Source: Octopus bimaculoides (lineage: Eukaryota). From it: a stretch of 32,198 bases of DNA. Positions 1-10,950 of this stretch are shown here, piece after piece. The position numbers and the translations under genes are program-made. The notes below the pieces were generated by a model, which saw only the letters and a program-made list of their open reading frames with translations, was not told the origin of the DNA and ran no database searches. Every line of letters begins with the position of its first letter. Position 1 is the first letter of the stretch. Where the stretch lies: the NCBI RefSeq assembly GCF_001194135.2, contig NC_068981.1, forward strand, positions 109,818,242 through 109,850,439. The letters are read 5' to 3'.

Positions 1-378
1 ATAGGGGCATACTATAAGACCCAAGTAAAAACATTCCCAACAATTCAACTTCTCTGGTTGACATTAACACCCCCACCCCCAATAGGGGCCTTCATTCCCA
101 CATTTTAGAGCTCCATGAGCTCCATTTTGCAGGAGCAAAATCGTTTTTACAGGTTCCAGAAGACTGAAATTTTGGAATATGTGCATAAAGATCAATAGTA
201 TGGGATACATGTCTCATGATTAGAATTTTTTTAGGGTGTGTAAAGAAGGAAAGAACCCTCATGTGCAATTTTGATGAAATTTGAATCATATGTATTCCAG
301 TTCCTTACAGAAAATATAACAGAAAAGTCTCATTTTTCAATTGCATGTAACACGGGCAACGCCGGGTATCTCTGCTAG
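1..378 (+). mobile_element. 3' end of a non-autonomous Helitron-like element (5' part outside the window)
   Basis: GC-rich imperfect hairpin CGGGCAACGCCG (353-364) lies about 10 nt upstream of CTAG (375-378), which is followed by T. This is the canonical Helitron 3' terminus. The 5' extent is not visible. Confidence 0.6.
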
Positions 379-671
379 TATAATATATAACCAGAACTAT
401 TCAGGTACTAAGAAGAGGCTTAGTTTATATTTTTTTTCAGATATGTAAGATAATTGCAGTAGTATTTTGTAAAATATATTGTTGGTAGAGGAGAAATGTC
501 ATGTTTCAAGCAGAGCCTAACTTAGTCCAATTCATGAACTTTTGAACTTTTCATTTGGCAATATATACACCATTACTAATTTCCTGATTCTACTACTGTT
601 TCAGTATCCTAATTCTACAGTTTACCGTTCAAATATCTGATACAGTAAGATAATCCAATAAAAAGTTCCCT

Positions 672-775
672 CAATATCTTTATCTTTTATCTGTTTCAGT
701 CATTAGATTGTGGTCATACTGGGGCACCACCTTGAAGAACTTTTAGTCAAATGAATCAACATCAATACTTCTAAA
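672..775 (-). mobile_element. SINE family A, 3' fragment (inverted relative to the 786-1225 copy)
   Basis: Reverse complement (ttgattcatttgactaaaagttcttcaaggtggtgccccagtatgaccacaatctaatgactgaaac) aligns to 1140-1220. Confidence 0.75.
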
Positions 776-785
776 ATATTTATAG

Positions 786-1225
786 GCACAAAAGTAGTTG
801 TGTGGTAAGAAGCTTGCTTCCATCTATATCATGCCTTTATGGCAAATGTAATGAAATAAAGAAGCTTGCTTCCCAACCACATGATTCATGTTTCAGTCCC
901 ACTGTGTGGCAACTTGGGCAAGTGTTTCCTATTGCAGTTTCCTATTATAGCCTTGTGAGTGAATTTGGGAGACAGAAAATGAAAGAAGCCTGTCTTGTGT
1001 GTGTGTCTGTCTGTGTTTGTTCCCCCGTCACCACTTGACAATTGGTGTTGGTGTATTCGTGCCTCTATAAGTTAGTGATTCAACAAAAAGCAACTGATAG
1101 AATAAGTACCAGATTTAAAAAATAAAAATAAGTCCTGGGGTTGATTCATTCAACAAAAAATTCTTCAAGGTGATGCCCTAGCATGGCCATAGTCTAATGA
1201 CTGAGACAAGTAAAAGACAAAAGAT
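786..1225 (+). mobile_element. tRNA-type SINE family A, near full length
   Basis: Head tgtggtaagaagcttgcttcccaaccacatg...ttcagtcccactgtg with Pol III A/B-box-like motifs, internal (GT)n and a gtaaaagacaaaag tail. Homologous to the copies at 20221-20995 and 23370-23590. Confidence 0.8.
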
Positions 1226-3196
1226 ACATAAAAAGATTTTTGGCATAATAAAAGAAAAACTTTTCATATAAAAAGCCATATCATGACATTTCTTATGACT
1301 CATCAAGATTGAGGTCAGTTACCAAATTGAATAAGTGAAAGATTTAAAAAATTTGACTGTTATAACAATTAATTTTAATTTTCATTATCTCTCACAATAC
1401 CAAATGTATATTAAAATAAATAATAATTGGAAGAAAAAAAATCAGTCACTGAATTCTAAATTAATTATTATGATCTAATTATCAAAAAGTTAATTGCCTT
1501 TACTATTATTCAGTTAATTAGAATATGCTATTTCTATAAAAAAAAATAGAAGCTAATAAATTTGTTTGAATAACAATTGTTTTATTGTAAATATATTGTA
1601 AATATGTTTTATTGTAAATATATTTAATGTAACACCCACCCAGTAATAGTTTACTTGAAAGGGTTTTATTAAAAGCCATACACTGCAAAAATCAACAATA
1701 GCTTCTCACTGAATACAAGAACATTCTAACATTAAAAATAGTAATAGCATAATTAATTTAAAAATAATACCAATTATGTCCATTAATGAAAACTAGTTGT
1801 AACTAGAAGCAATTTACTTATTGTGGAATTTTCTGAAATGATGGAATAGTAGATGGATAGTTGTCACATGATTGATTAGTTTCTTGTTATGTAGCTAGAG
1901 AAGGAAATATCAGCTATAGTGAGAGATAAAGCATGAAAATAAAGGTTGTACTTTTAAAAGATGAAGTTTTCTACATTACCTTTTATATGAATTTTACTCA
2001 TGAAAATGATGTAGTTCTAAAATCTTTTGAGTGTTGTATCTGACAACAGTTAGTTTTGAAATACATGCAATATCTTTGTCCTAATGTATGATGAGCAGGC
2101 AACATGTATTCTATATTATTATACTATCTTATAAGAATGAATTATTTTTGACTGCCAATAATGCAAATATAAAGATATGGTCAATACAGAAAAATGAAAG
2201 CAATTAATGATATTTATAAATTTGTTGAAATGGTTGTGATTGTGTTTTCCAAACTGGTTTGGAAACAACTGGATGGATATATAAAACTTAGTTCAAATCC
2301 AGCAAATATGAAAATACTTTTCTATTATTCAAGAATTGATTGATTAAAGAGCTCCATTGCAACAGAGATGAAAGTTTTAAAGTTATGAGAAGAGAGGCTA
2401 CTGGGAAACCAGTAGAAAAGACAATAATATATATGTGTATACGTATATGTATATAATAGATTGTATGCTGGCTATTCATTTTATTCCTATGATTTCATAG
2501 AGTGAATAGAAATATCGATAAAATGTTTTTCTTCATGATTGTAAATATTTTCCTATTCATAAAATGCAAGAAAGAATACAAATAAATAAAAATCATAATT
2601 AGCAAAATGCAAATATAAATCATACAAAAATGAAATGTATAATTTTATTATTTCTTGTTCTTTTTAACCATCTGAAGTAGACAAACTATAAAACCACAAA
2701 TATTCTAAAGCAATTGAATAAATATATATGTGAACAACAAAAGCTGATAATGTTACCCACATGGAATATTTTCAAGTGTATCTACTTAATTGCAAAATAC
2801 AACCAATTTGATACTAACTCTTTTGTTTTTCATCTCACCTTGGGATCCACTGGGACTTACAATTTTATATTCTACCTATAATACAATAGATTCTGTATTT
2901 AAGAATTCTCAAATTGCTTTATAGCTCCTGTGAGGCTACAGCTAATTAAGCTGTTAGTATTTCTCTATCCAATTTGTTTCTTCCACCCTACACCTAAATA
3001 CATTTACTCTTCTATAACAATGTTTTCCTTTAGAACACTCTGCTAACACCTTTTCTGAACAACTGATTTTACATGTCTTCCAAATTCATCACTTTGGTTA
3101 TAAATATTCTTCACATGTATTTAGTTATTGTTATTTAAAATGAAATAAAATATAAATACGGTTGTTCTAGATAAATAATTTAAACCAAATACTTAC

Positions 3197-3253
3197 ACTT
3201 TTGATGAGCTGATTTTCTTTCTGTAGTGACATAAGAAATTCATAATAGACATC
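3197..3253 (-). CDS. NUP188: Probable NUP188 coding exon (57 nt, phase 0/0): DVYYEFLMSLQKENQLIKS
   Basis: Strong splice sites: ggaatttcttttcaaacAG|GAT and AGT|GTAAGT. 19 open codons in the phase required after HPYQ. Weak but positionally correct similarity to human VEYADCVDKLEKELVSK. Confidence 0.75.
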
Positions 3254-3319
3254 CTGTTTGAAAAGAAATTCCAAAATTCATTTTCGCTTCTTCAATATTA
3301 GTATTATCATCATTATTAT

Positions 3320-3490
3320 GGTTAAGGTTGTGAGCTGGCAGAAACATTAACACAACAGACAAAATGCTTAGCAGTATCTTGTTTGTCTTTATGTTCTGAG
3401 TTCAAATTTTGCTGAGGTTGAATTTGCCTTTCATCCTTTTAAGGTTGATAAAATAACAGTTGAGCACTGGGGTCAATGTAATTGACTTTT
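3320..3490 (+). mobile_element. tRNA-type SINE family B
   Basis: gagctggcagaa (A-box-like) and gttcaaatt (B-box-like), followed by gcctttcatccttttaaggttgataaaata. Preceded by a (TTA/TCA)n run. Confidence 0.8.
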
Positions 3491-3864
3491 ATATCCTGGT
3501 GTTGGATAAATAATTTAACGAAAGAAGGGGGGAAAAGAAAATGCTCTTTGCCAATGGTTCGCAGTGAACTGCTTCCCAATTGCTGACAGTTCTTTATTTT
3601 ATAGTAATGTGTCAGTCCACTTTTAGTCAGTTGGGGGTGGTCAGAATCCTTCCACAACACTAGCCCTCCATCTGTTACTATATGCCTTGTGCCTATAGTA
3701 GTAAGGATTATTACAATGATGATGATCTGTTGTTTCACAAAATTGGTGTTGTACTCAGTTTAGTTTTGCTTCCTATCAAACCACAACTTGTGGTCTAGAA
3801 CGAGGAGCATTTTTTTACCTTCTGTATGAAAATATTTTTCTCCTTTTTATATCTACTTTTATTT

Positions 3865-5085
3865 AAGAGAAGACCAATCACAAATCCCTTCAGGTAGATA
3901 GCCCTGATTGATCTGTAGGAAAGACATAGGTAGAAATTGCATGTATCCAGAGCAAGCTACGGACACATAAGAGGTGCAGCAATATCAGAGGGAGGTTAAC
4001 AGAAAATAGTTTTTGTGTGTGAAAGGTGCACAGGTACAATGAACACTAAAAATGTGAAGAAAATACACTCCTTCAAATGCCAGGGATACGCTAGAGGTAG
4101 CTAATTGCTTCTGTTATCTAGGTGAACGAGTCAGTAGTGGAGGTGGATGTCCTGAGAGTGTAGTTGTTAGAATAGGCTGGGCAAAGTTCAGAGAGCTTCT
4201 ACCTCTGTTGTCAACAAAGGGCCTGTCTCTCAGAGTGAAAGGCAGACTGTATGATGCCTATGTGCAAACAACTATGCTACACAACAGTGAAACATGGGCT
4301 GTGACCACTGAGGACATGCGTAGGCTTCAAAGAAATGAAGCTAGCTTTGCTGGATGTGCAATGTCAGTATGCAAGTACAACAGAGTGAAAGTGTCTCGAG
4401 AGCAAAGTTGGGCATAAGAGGCATCAGATGTGATGTACAAGAGTGACAAATGTACTGGTATGGTCATGTGATGCATATGGACAATGACAGTTGTGTAAAG
4501 AATGCTAATTTCTAACAGTGGAGGGAACCTGTGGAAGAAGTAGGCCCAGGAAGACATGGGACAAAGTGGTGAAGCATTGATCTTCAAACATTATGCCTCA
4601 CAGAGACAATGATTAGTGACTGAAGCCTTTGGCGATATGCCATGCTTGAGAAGATCTGTCAAGCCAAATGAAATTATAGTTGTGGCTGATGCTAGTGTCA
4701 TGTAACTGGTGCCTGTATCGGTGGCATGCAAAATACATCTCTTGAGCACTGGGCCTCACAGATAAATGTGACCAGTGCTGGTGTTGTGTAATTAGCACCT
4801 GTACCAGTGGCATGTAAAAAGAACCTTTCAAGCATGGAGTGGCATGTAAAAAGAACCTCATGGAGGCAATGAAAAATGACTGAGACCTTTGGCAATATGC
4901 TGTGCTTATGGCACATAAAAGCACCTATTGTATTCTCAGAGTGGTTGGCGTTAGGAAGAGCATCCAGTTATAGAAAGCATGCCAAATCAGACTGGAGTCT
5001 GGTGCAGCCCCTCAGCTTACCAGCTTTGGTCGAACTGTCCAACCCATGCCAACATAGACAATGGATTTCAAATGATGGTGAATAA
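3865..5085 (+). mobile_element. 5'-truncated, decayed RTE-clade LINE (end of RT, C-terminus and 3' UTR)
   Basis: Frame-shifted translation gives LEVANCFCYLG..VSSGGG, RIGWAKFRELLPLL and KGRLYDAYVQTTMLHNSETWA, all typical RTE RT C-terminal motifs. The 3' end gtccaacccatgcc...aatgatg matches the reverse complement of 22359-22420. Confidence 0.85.
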
Positions 5086-5198
5086 TAATCCTTCCTACAA
5101 TAGGCACAAAGCCTGAAAGTTTGGGGGAGGGGGTAAGTCTATTACATCAACTGGTATTCATTTCATTGACCCCAAAAGGATGAAAAGCAAAATTGAAC
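5082..5198 (-). mobile_element. SINE family B, 3' fragment
   Basis: aataataatccttcctacaataggcacaaagcctgaaa...gaccccaaaaggatgaaaagcaaa is the reverse complement of the family B 3' half. Confidence 0.75.
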
Positions 5199-5199
5199 A

Positions 5200-5470
5200 A
5201 AACATCCTTTTTTCCAAAAGTGAATTATTCATACCCAAAGTTTTCTTCTCAACACATGGCTATGATGCTCCCCCACTACTTCTGCTCATGATCAGAGATG
5301 CACATATTGTCAGCCACTAAAAGTCATGCTCAACTGGTTACGGTCAAACAGCTGACAAGTAAATCTGTGGTACTGAGTTGAATATTTGCTGTAGCCCATC
5401 TTTTATATCAAGACAAAACATGTACATGATAACACTTCCAATCAGTTAAGATCAGAAGCCATGAGAGCCA
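5200..5470 (-). repeat. Unclassified interspersed repeat (inverted copy at about 14270-14560)
   Basis: The reverse complement shares gatcttaactgattggaagtgttatcatgtacatgttttgt exactly with the 14270-14560 copy and aligns over about 270 bp. Confidence 0.85.
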
Positions 5471-5485
5471 GTACCTGGTATTGCA

Positions 5486-5933
5486 TCAAATTCCACCAAG
5501 GTCAACTTCTGTGCATTGTATATATAGCCTTTCTATGTCAGATTTTGGGTGGTGCATCCTAGATCCTGTCATAATTTTTCTTGTTTTCCTGTCTATTTTA
5601 GTTAGTTCGTTTAGTGTCCAGTTAAGGATATTGTAGCTGTAACTTATAACTGGGACAGCTAAAGTGTTAATACCTATTATCTTGTTTTTAGCATTGAGCT
5701 CTGTTTTTAGTATTGATCTAACTCGTCTATAGTACTCTTTCTTTATTTTCTCTTTCATTTGTGTGTGTTGTATTCTATCTAGTTCATTGATTCCTAAATA
5801 TTTGTATGGCTGGCTTTGGTCTAATTCTCTTATTTCATTGGCTTTATCTAGTGTGATGTTGCTACTCTTAACTAGTTTTCCTCTTTTCAGGGTTGCTTTG
5901 GCACATTTTTCTAATCCAAATTTCATATCTATT
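5486..5933 (-). mobile_element. R4/Dong-clade non-LTR retrotransposon, RT C-terminal fragment
   Basis: 146-aa ORF containing MKFGLEKCA, YKYLG, LNAKNKIIGINTLAVPVISYS, IDRKTRK and MHHPKSDIERLY, characteristic of R4/Dong RTs. It starts directly at the (TAA)8 tract on the minus strand. Confidence 0.85.
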
Positions 5934-5957
5934 TTATTATTATTATTATTATTATTA

Positions 5958-6594
5958 TTTAAGACATCGCACAGTATCCAATATCATGATGTTGTTGATT
6001 GAAGATACTCATTGAAGATGTGTGTACCGGCAGTTTGTACTGTGTGTTAAGTCACAACAGGGACCTCAGACAGACTACTTTATGCAATATGTGTGCAGTT
6101 CCAAGTAATGCCAATTTTTGCAATACACCTGGATTGTAGGATATTTCTTAAGTTTCCAGATGTTTTTTCAAATTGGATGGTATTGAACCCAAAGCTCTGA
6201 TGACAATAGGGACAACCTTTATGTTTGACTCTCGTAACTGCCACATTTTAGTGATCTCAATTCTCAGGTCTCCATATTTATCAATCTTTCCTCTTTCTTT
6301 CATGATAATATGTTGATCTTCTGGCACTGCCACATCGATTATTAGGTGCTTTTGTTTGTCCCTCCTAAAGATTACTATATCTGGCCGTCTGTGCTCTAAC
6401 ACCTTGTGTCTGGAAGTCAAATTCCCAGAGGATTTTTGCCTTCCCCTTTTTGTCCATTACCTTTTCCAGTGTATGTTGGTACCAAGCACCCGTTAACTCA
6501 TATCCATACTTCTGGCATAGCAGCCAGTGAAGGTTTTGGGCTACTTTGTTGTGCCTGTGCTTGTACTCTTTCTGCGCAAGACTTTCACAAGCAC
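5958..6594 (-). mobile_element. R4/Dong-clade element, 5'-truncated: end of zinc knuckle, restriction-like endonuclease (REL) and 3' UTR
   Basis: Frame-shifted translation: ACESLAQKEYKHRHNKVAQNLHWLLC...KILWEFDFQT / HRRPDIV...LIIDVAVPED..KE..KIDKY..L..EI..MW / LQKLALLGTAHIL. Bounded on both sides by (TTA)8 (5934-5957 and 6595-6618). Confidence 0.88.
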
Positions 6595-6618
6595 TTATTA
6601 TTATTATTATTATTATTA

Positions 6619-6835
6619 AGGTGGCAAGCTGGCAGAGTTGCTAGCATGCTGGTCAAAATACTTAGCAGTATTTCACCCGTTGCTATGTTCTGAGTTCAAA
6701 TTCCGCTGAGGTTGGCTTTGCCTTTCAGCCTTTCAGGGTCGAAAATTAGGTACCAGTGAAATACTGGAATTGATGTAATCGACTAGTCCCCTCCCTACAA
6801 GTTTCAGGGCCTTGTGTCTTCAGTAGAAAGAATAA
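6619..6835 (+). mobile_element. SINE family B, full length
   Basis: aaggtggcaagctggcagag...gttcaaattccgctgagg...cagtagaaagaataatt, with (TTA)n at the 5' side and (ATT/ATC)n at the 3' side. Confidence 0.85.
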
Positions 6836-6869
6836 TTATCATCATCATCATCATCATGATTGTTTATTA

Positions 6870-7270
6870 TCATGATTTGAACAGTTTTGTGCAACTTTCT
6901 ATTGTACCCCCAAGTGCATTTCTGTGTTCTGCATCATTGTCTTTTGAGGGAGTACAGTTGTGTATGTAAACTACATCAATTTTGCTTTGTTGTTACTGGT
7001 GTTATTCTAATGTTTCATCTTTTGTGAAGTATACATGTAATTTGAGCTGCATTATTTTATTGGGTGGTGATTGTGTAGTGTGTATCTTGCATGGTTTACA
7101 TTATTGTTCTGTAGAGTAAGCATTAAGGGATGTGTTGAATGCAGAGAATGTACTGTTTCAGTTATGCTATTGAATTGGCAGTGTCTTGTGTTGGATGTGG
7201 GCTGTCTCTCATAGAGAAGAGCGATCTTTTGGATTGTGTGTAAGGTTGTGCTCCAACTGTTGCTAGTATT
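6870..7270 (-). mobile_element. Possible further R4/Dong 3' remnant
   Basis: Minus-strand peptide TLHTIQKIALL resembles the R4/Dong C-terminal .QK.ALLGTAHIL motif. The rest is not recognisable. Confidence 0.35.
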
Positions 7271-8575
7271 TTTCACTTTCATCTCTCAATAATAATTTAT
7301 TATTAAATGAAACAAAAAAATTATTATTTGTAAAAGAAATTACTACTACTACTAGTGTTATTGTTGTTGTTAGCACCATCACTATTATTAATATAAGCTG
7401 TTTCATTGCAACACATTTATAACTAAGTGCTTTTGATTATATGTGATTTAAAAAAAATCTAGTCAATATACTCTTTGATCTTGATTTTGATATTTTTAGC
7501 TTCTCATCAGCACATTCATCTGAACATGCAAAAAATATGAATCAAGTATAAGAGTCATGGAAAAATAGGGAAATTTCTTCAGTTTTTGTGCAGAGAAAAA
7601 AAAATGGATAGTTTTGTTCAAATAATGTAAACATACTTTTTGAAGTATAAATGGATTTGAAATGTTTTTTTAAAGTAGTATACTACACATACATTAATAA
7701 CATACCTATCATTCCATAAGTTCTTGGTAAAGTTAACTATAATTTTATACCATAATTCCATACTGTCATGTTGATATCATAGACAAAGTTGATTTATGTT
7801 GTAATAATGGAACAGAAAGTATTGCATGCGCACACATGCACAAAGCAATGCTTGATTAATGAAATTATACAATAAATCAATATTTGGTATATATTGTTAT
7901 GCTGATTCTTGTAAACTATATTCACCAGCAAAACAGCTTTTTATATTGCCGAAGAAAAAGAATTTTGAAATATTTCAGAAAACGGATGTTTTTACCACTT
8001 TATACAGAGCATTCACAGCAGCATCTTATCTTTGAGCAATGCATTGATAGACTTCTACATCTTTCACTTAGGTGCTTTAAATATTATATGTTAGAATAAA
8101 GTTAATCCAATAAAAAATGCAGGCTCAATTATGAAAAGCACATTTTTTTGAGATAATGCATCCATAATAGTTTGGGGCATATCTGAATGCTGATAGAAAA
8201 CAATGGTTATAAAACAGTACCAATAAGTTAAATTTTGGACAATTTCAAAGATGTGGAATATATAAGAAAGCAATTGTTAGTAATAACTTTTCTAAAATGG
8301 AAACTAATTTACATATAACTAAAAACAAAAAATAACATTATAGCTTAATTACAAAAAATATGATAAAAATATCATAACAAAATTAACTTCTAATAATAAA
8401 TTCAGCTGGAATATAGTAATATTCCACATAGAAGCAGAGATAGAAATGAATTATAATAACATTGCATATAACTAAAACAATATAGTTTGCAATTAACACT
8501 GTTTTTGTAAAATGATCTTCAGATTATCTTTAGTTCCCGCTAGAATTGAGTGTATGTAGTAAGAAAAAGTCTTAC

Positions 8576-8716
8576 CTGGTAAGGATGTGTGCTGATCTCT
8601 TGACCATTACTAATTATGTATTTAAGGCAACCAAGCAGATAAAGTCGCTCACTAAAATAGTAATCTTGTAGCTTTAACATTAGACCTTTAGTGTGTTGTT
8701 CATTGTTTAAAATTTG
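8576..8716 (-). CDS. NUP188: NUP188 internal coding exon (141 nt, phase 0/0): QILNNEQHTKGLMLKLQDYYFSERLYLLGCLKYIISNGQEISTHPYQ
   Basis: Acceptor ...ctggattctttgcAG|CAA ATT and donor TAC CAG|GTaaga. Matches recalled human NUP188 TVLQDERQSQALILKIADYYYEERTCILRCVLHLLTYFQDERHPYR (L.LK..DYY..ER...L.C and HPY motifs). Lies within ORF 8540..8722 of the track. Confidence 0.93.
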
Positions 8717-9404
8717 CTGCAAAGAATCCAGAAATAGGGCAAATAAATTTACACTGTAAATTTAATTAAAAAAAAAAAATTAAGTTTAAAATTTAAATAT
8801 AAGGCAAATTTGAATGAAAAAAATATCGAGTAGTAAAAATGACAGTAAATCCAATAAACTTCAACAAAATTAACATCTCGAGAAAAGTATCAATATAGCT
8901 AAGAATATTAAATTAACAGTCTTGGTTTGAGATTGCATTTAAACTGACTTTTCTGAGATATGAAGACACATCATGTATGTAAATTTTCAGTACAATTCAT
9001 ATAATAACCTCAAAATTTAATTAATAAAAATGGAAATATTTTGATGGAAATTAAATTTAAAACTGTCCATTCTCTGTTACAATATTTATTATTGAGTAAT
9101 ATAAGGTAAAAGTTGATGATTGCTGTAGAATTAAAAATTCACAAATTGTTAATTATTCTAAAGCAATTCAAAATATCTGAAGAAAAATAATTTCAAAAAT
9201 ATAATCTATAGAAATTGCTAAATTCTTTTTAAAGATAGTATCTTAATTTGATCAATTCTTACACAGGAATATATCTTTAAACAGAACTTACTATAAAAAT
9301 ATCTTCTCTACTAAAAAGAATTATTAGATTCTTTGGATTGTTTTACCTGCCTTTCTATGCTTTCTTTTGTCTTTTTTTTTTCTTCTTGGTTAATAAAAAT
9401 CTAT

Positions 9405-9616
9405 AATAATACTTTCTGCTATAGGCACAAGACCTAAAATACTGGGAGAGGTATTAGTTGATTACATTGACTCCAGTGCTCAATTGGTACTCATTTTAAG
9501 GACCCCAAAAGGATGAAAGCAAAGTTGACCTTGGTGGTATTTCAACTCAGAACATAAAGAAATGCTACTAAGCATTTTGTGTAATGCACTAATGATTCTG
9601 TCAGGTTGTTACCTTC
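9405..9616 (-). mobile_element. SINE family B
   Basis: ataataatactttctgctataggcacaagacc...gaccccaaaaggatgaaagcaaagttgacc...aactcagaac; reverse orientation of the 6619 copy. Confidence 0.8.
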
Positions 9617-9629
9617 ATTAAAACTAAAC

Positions 9630-9815
9630 TTCTAATTTTGTCACTAGGCCAACAATTTTAAGGGAAGAGTAAGTTAATTACATTAACTCCAGTACTCAAC
9701 TGGTACTTATTTTATTGACTCCAAAAAGATGAAAGGTAAAGTTAACCTCTTTAGAATTTGAACTCAGAATGTAAAGCCAAAAGAAATGCAACTAAGCATT
9801 TTGCCTGGCAGGTAT
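9630..9815 (-). mobile_element. SINE family B, second tandem copy
   Basis: ctccagtactcaactggtacttattttattgactccaaaaagatgaaaggtaaagttaacc...gaactcagaatgtaaag, same orientation and directly adjacent to the 9405 copy. Confidence 0.8.
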
Positions 9816-10129
9816 TAAACCTGGTTTTGCCAGGTGTAACTTTTGAAATAGAAAGCTATCCAATCTGGCATAGATTCTGGCTGTGATTCTTTAATGCTAA
9901 GGTCAAAGCACAAAACAATATCTCTGGCTAATATTCTTTTTCCTTGTTAGTCAACCTCAAGGTCAGTAGAACAGTAGTTTTTGAGAAGACAAATGTTAGT
10001 TCCTGATACACTAACAAACACATGCTTGTGTTAAATCATATAATACTTTATAGAGTTTAGCTTATGTATATGTCATTCTATTCAATTTGTATCATTATAA
10101 CAAAACCAATTTTCTGTTTTCAAAAATAT

Positions 10130-10950
10130 CAGCAACATTCCTCTACAGGAGGACATTAATTGTTGGCAGAAAACAAACCAGTATAACCATGTTCCTGGTA
10201 AATGGTCAAATATGAAATATTTTTAAATAAAAGATATGTAAGTCTCAAAGAGAATCATGACAACATTGAAGCTTCATCAATAACTAATTCTTTTGTTGTC
10301 ATGTTGGCTTCATATGATTTCACTTTTTATGCTACTTACTGAAGCACTGGTGCAGATATTGGAAATCTAAATCCACTGTGAATTGTTTTGTCACCTTTCA
10401 ACAATTCAGTTGCAATGTCTATGGTAGCAAATGCTTATACTACTTTTCTTTTTGCATCTCAGATGAGTTGTCAAAGTATTGTATAAATCTTCCTGGACTA
10501 TCTATTAAATAGAAATGGCTCTCAGCTTGTGTACCATTAATAGCAATAATAATCTCAAATAATACGATGCTACATAATGAGTGAAATAGGGGAATCAAAT
10601 ATTAAACTGCTATGACTTCCTTTAAAGCTTTATGCATTCATACCCACTGTGCATTATTGCTGTTGATTTAAGTAACTGGAAAGTAGTGAACTTTCTGCCA
10701 TACAAGAGCAGAAAAGTGCTTCTATATCCTAAAGAATTATTTTCCCCAGTAATGGCACTATGGAGATACAGAATTGTAAACTTCTTTCTATATAATAAAT
10801 GCAAATTTCAGTGTCAATCATCTAGTGGCCTGCATCAACAAATGACATATATATAGAATCAAAGTAACCCAGAGAGTGTTTTAATGCTACTTTGGTCCAC
10901 CAATCTGCAGTAGAAATTCAGGCCATCCTATAACATCCTTAGTTCTTATG
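10130..10950 (-). mobile_element. Helitron RepHel (PIF1-like helicase) fossil
   Basis: Motifs occur in the expected order on the minus strand, with stops and frameshifts: LLQIGGPK (cf. LLL.V.GPTSF), FEIIIAI...FYLIDSPG (Walker A region with GKT lost), YNTL..HLR, AFATIDIATELLKGDKTIHSGFRFP (cf. A.TGIAA.LL.GG.T.HS.F..P) and LVIDEASML (Walker B). Confidence 0.68.

Noticed and set aside
1570-1625. Short tandem duplication gttttattgtaaatatattgtaaatat
   Set aside because: Simple AT-rich slippage. Not CRISPR-like (no unique spacers) and there is no prokaryotic context.
2840-2876. Small minus-strand AG...GT segment (VEYKI or VEYKIVSPSGSQ) as the next NUP188 exon
   Set aside because: Does not resemble the expected downstream peptide (Q...L....P.W...G.LM).
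8717-8753. Alternative upstream acceptor (tttacAG at 8754-8756) for the 141-nt exon
   Set aside because: It adds 37 nt and breaks the phase-0 join with the 81-nt exon. The acceptor at 8717 gives the frame and length that match NUP188.
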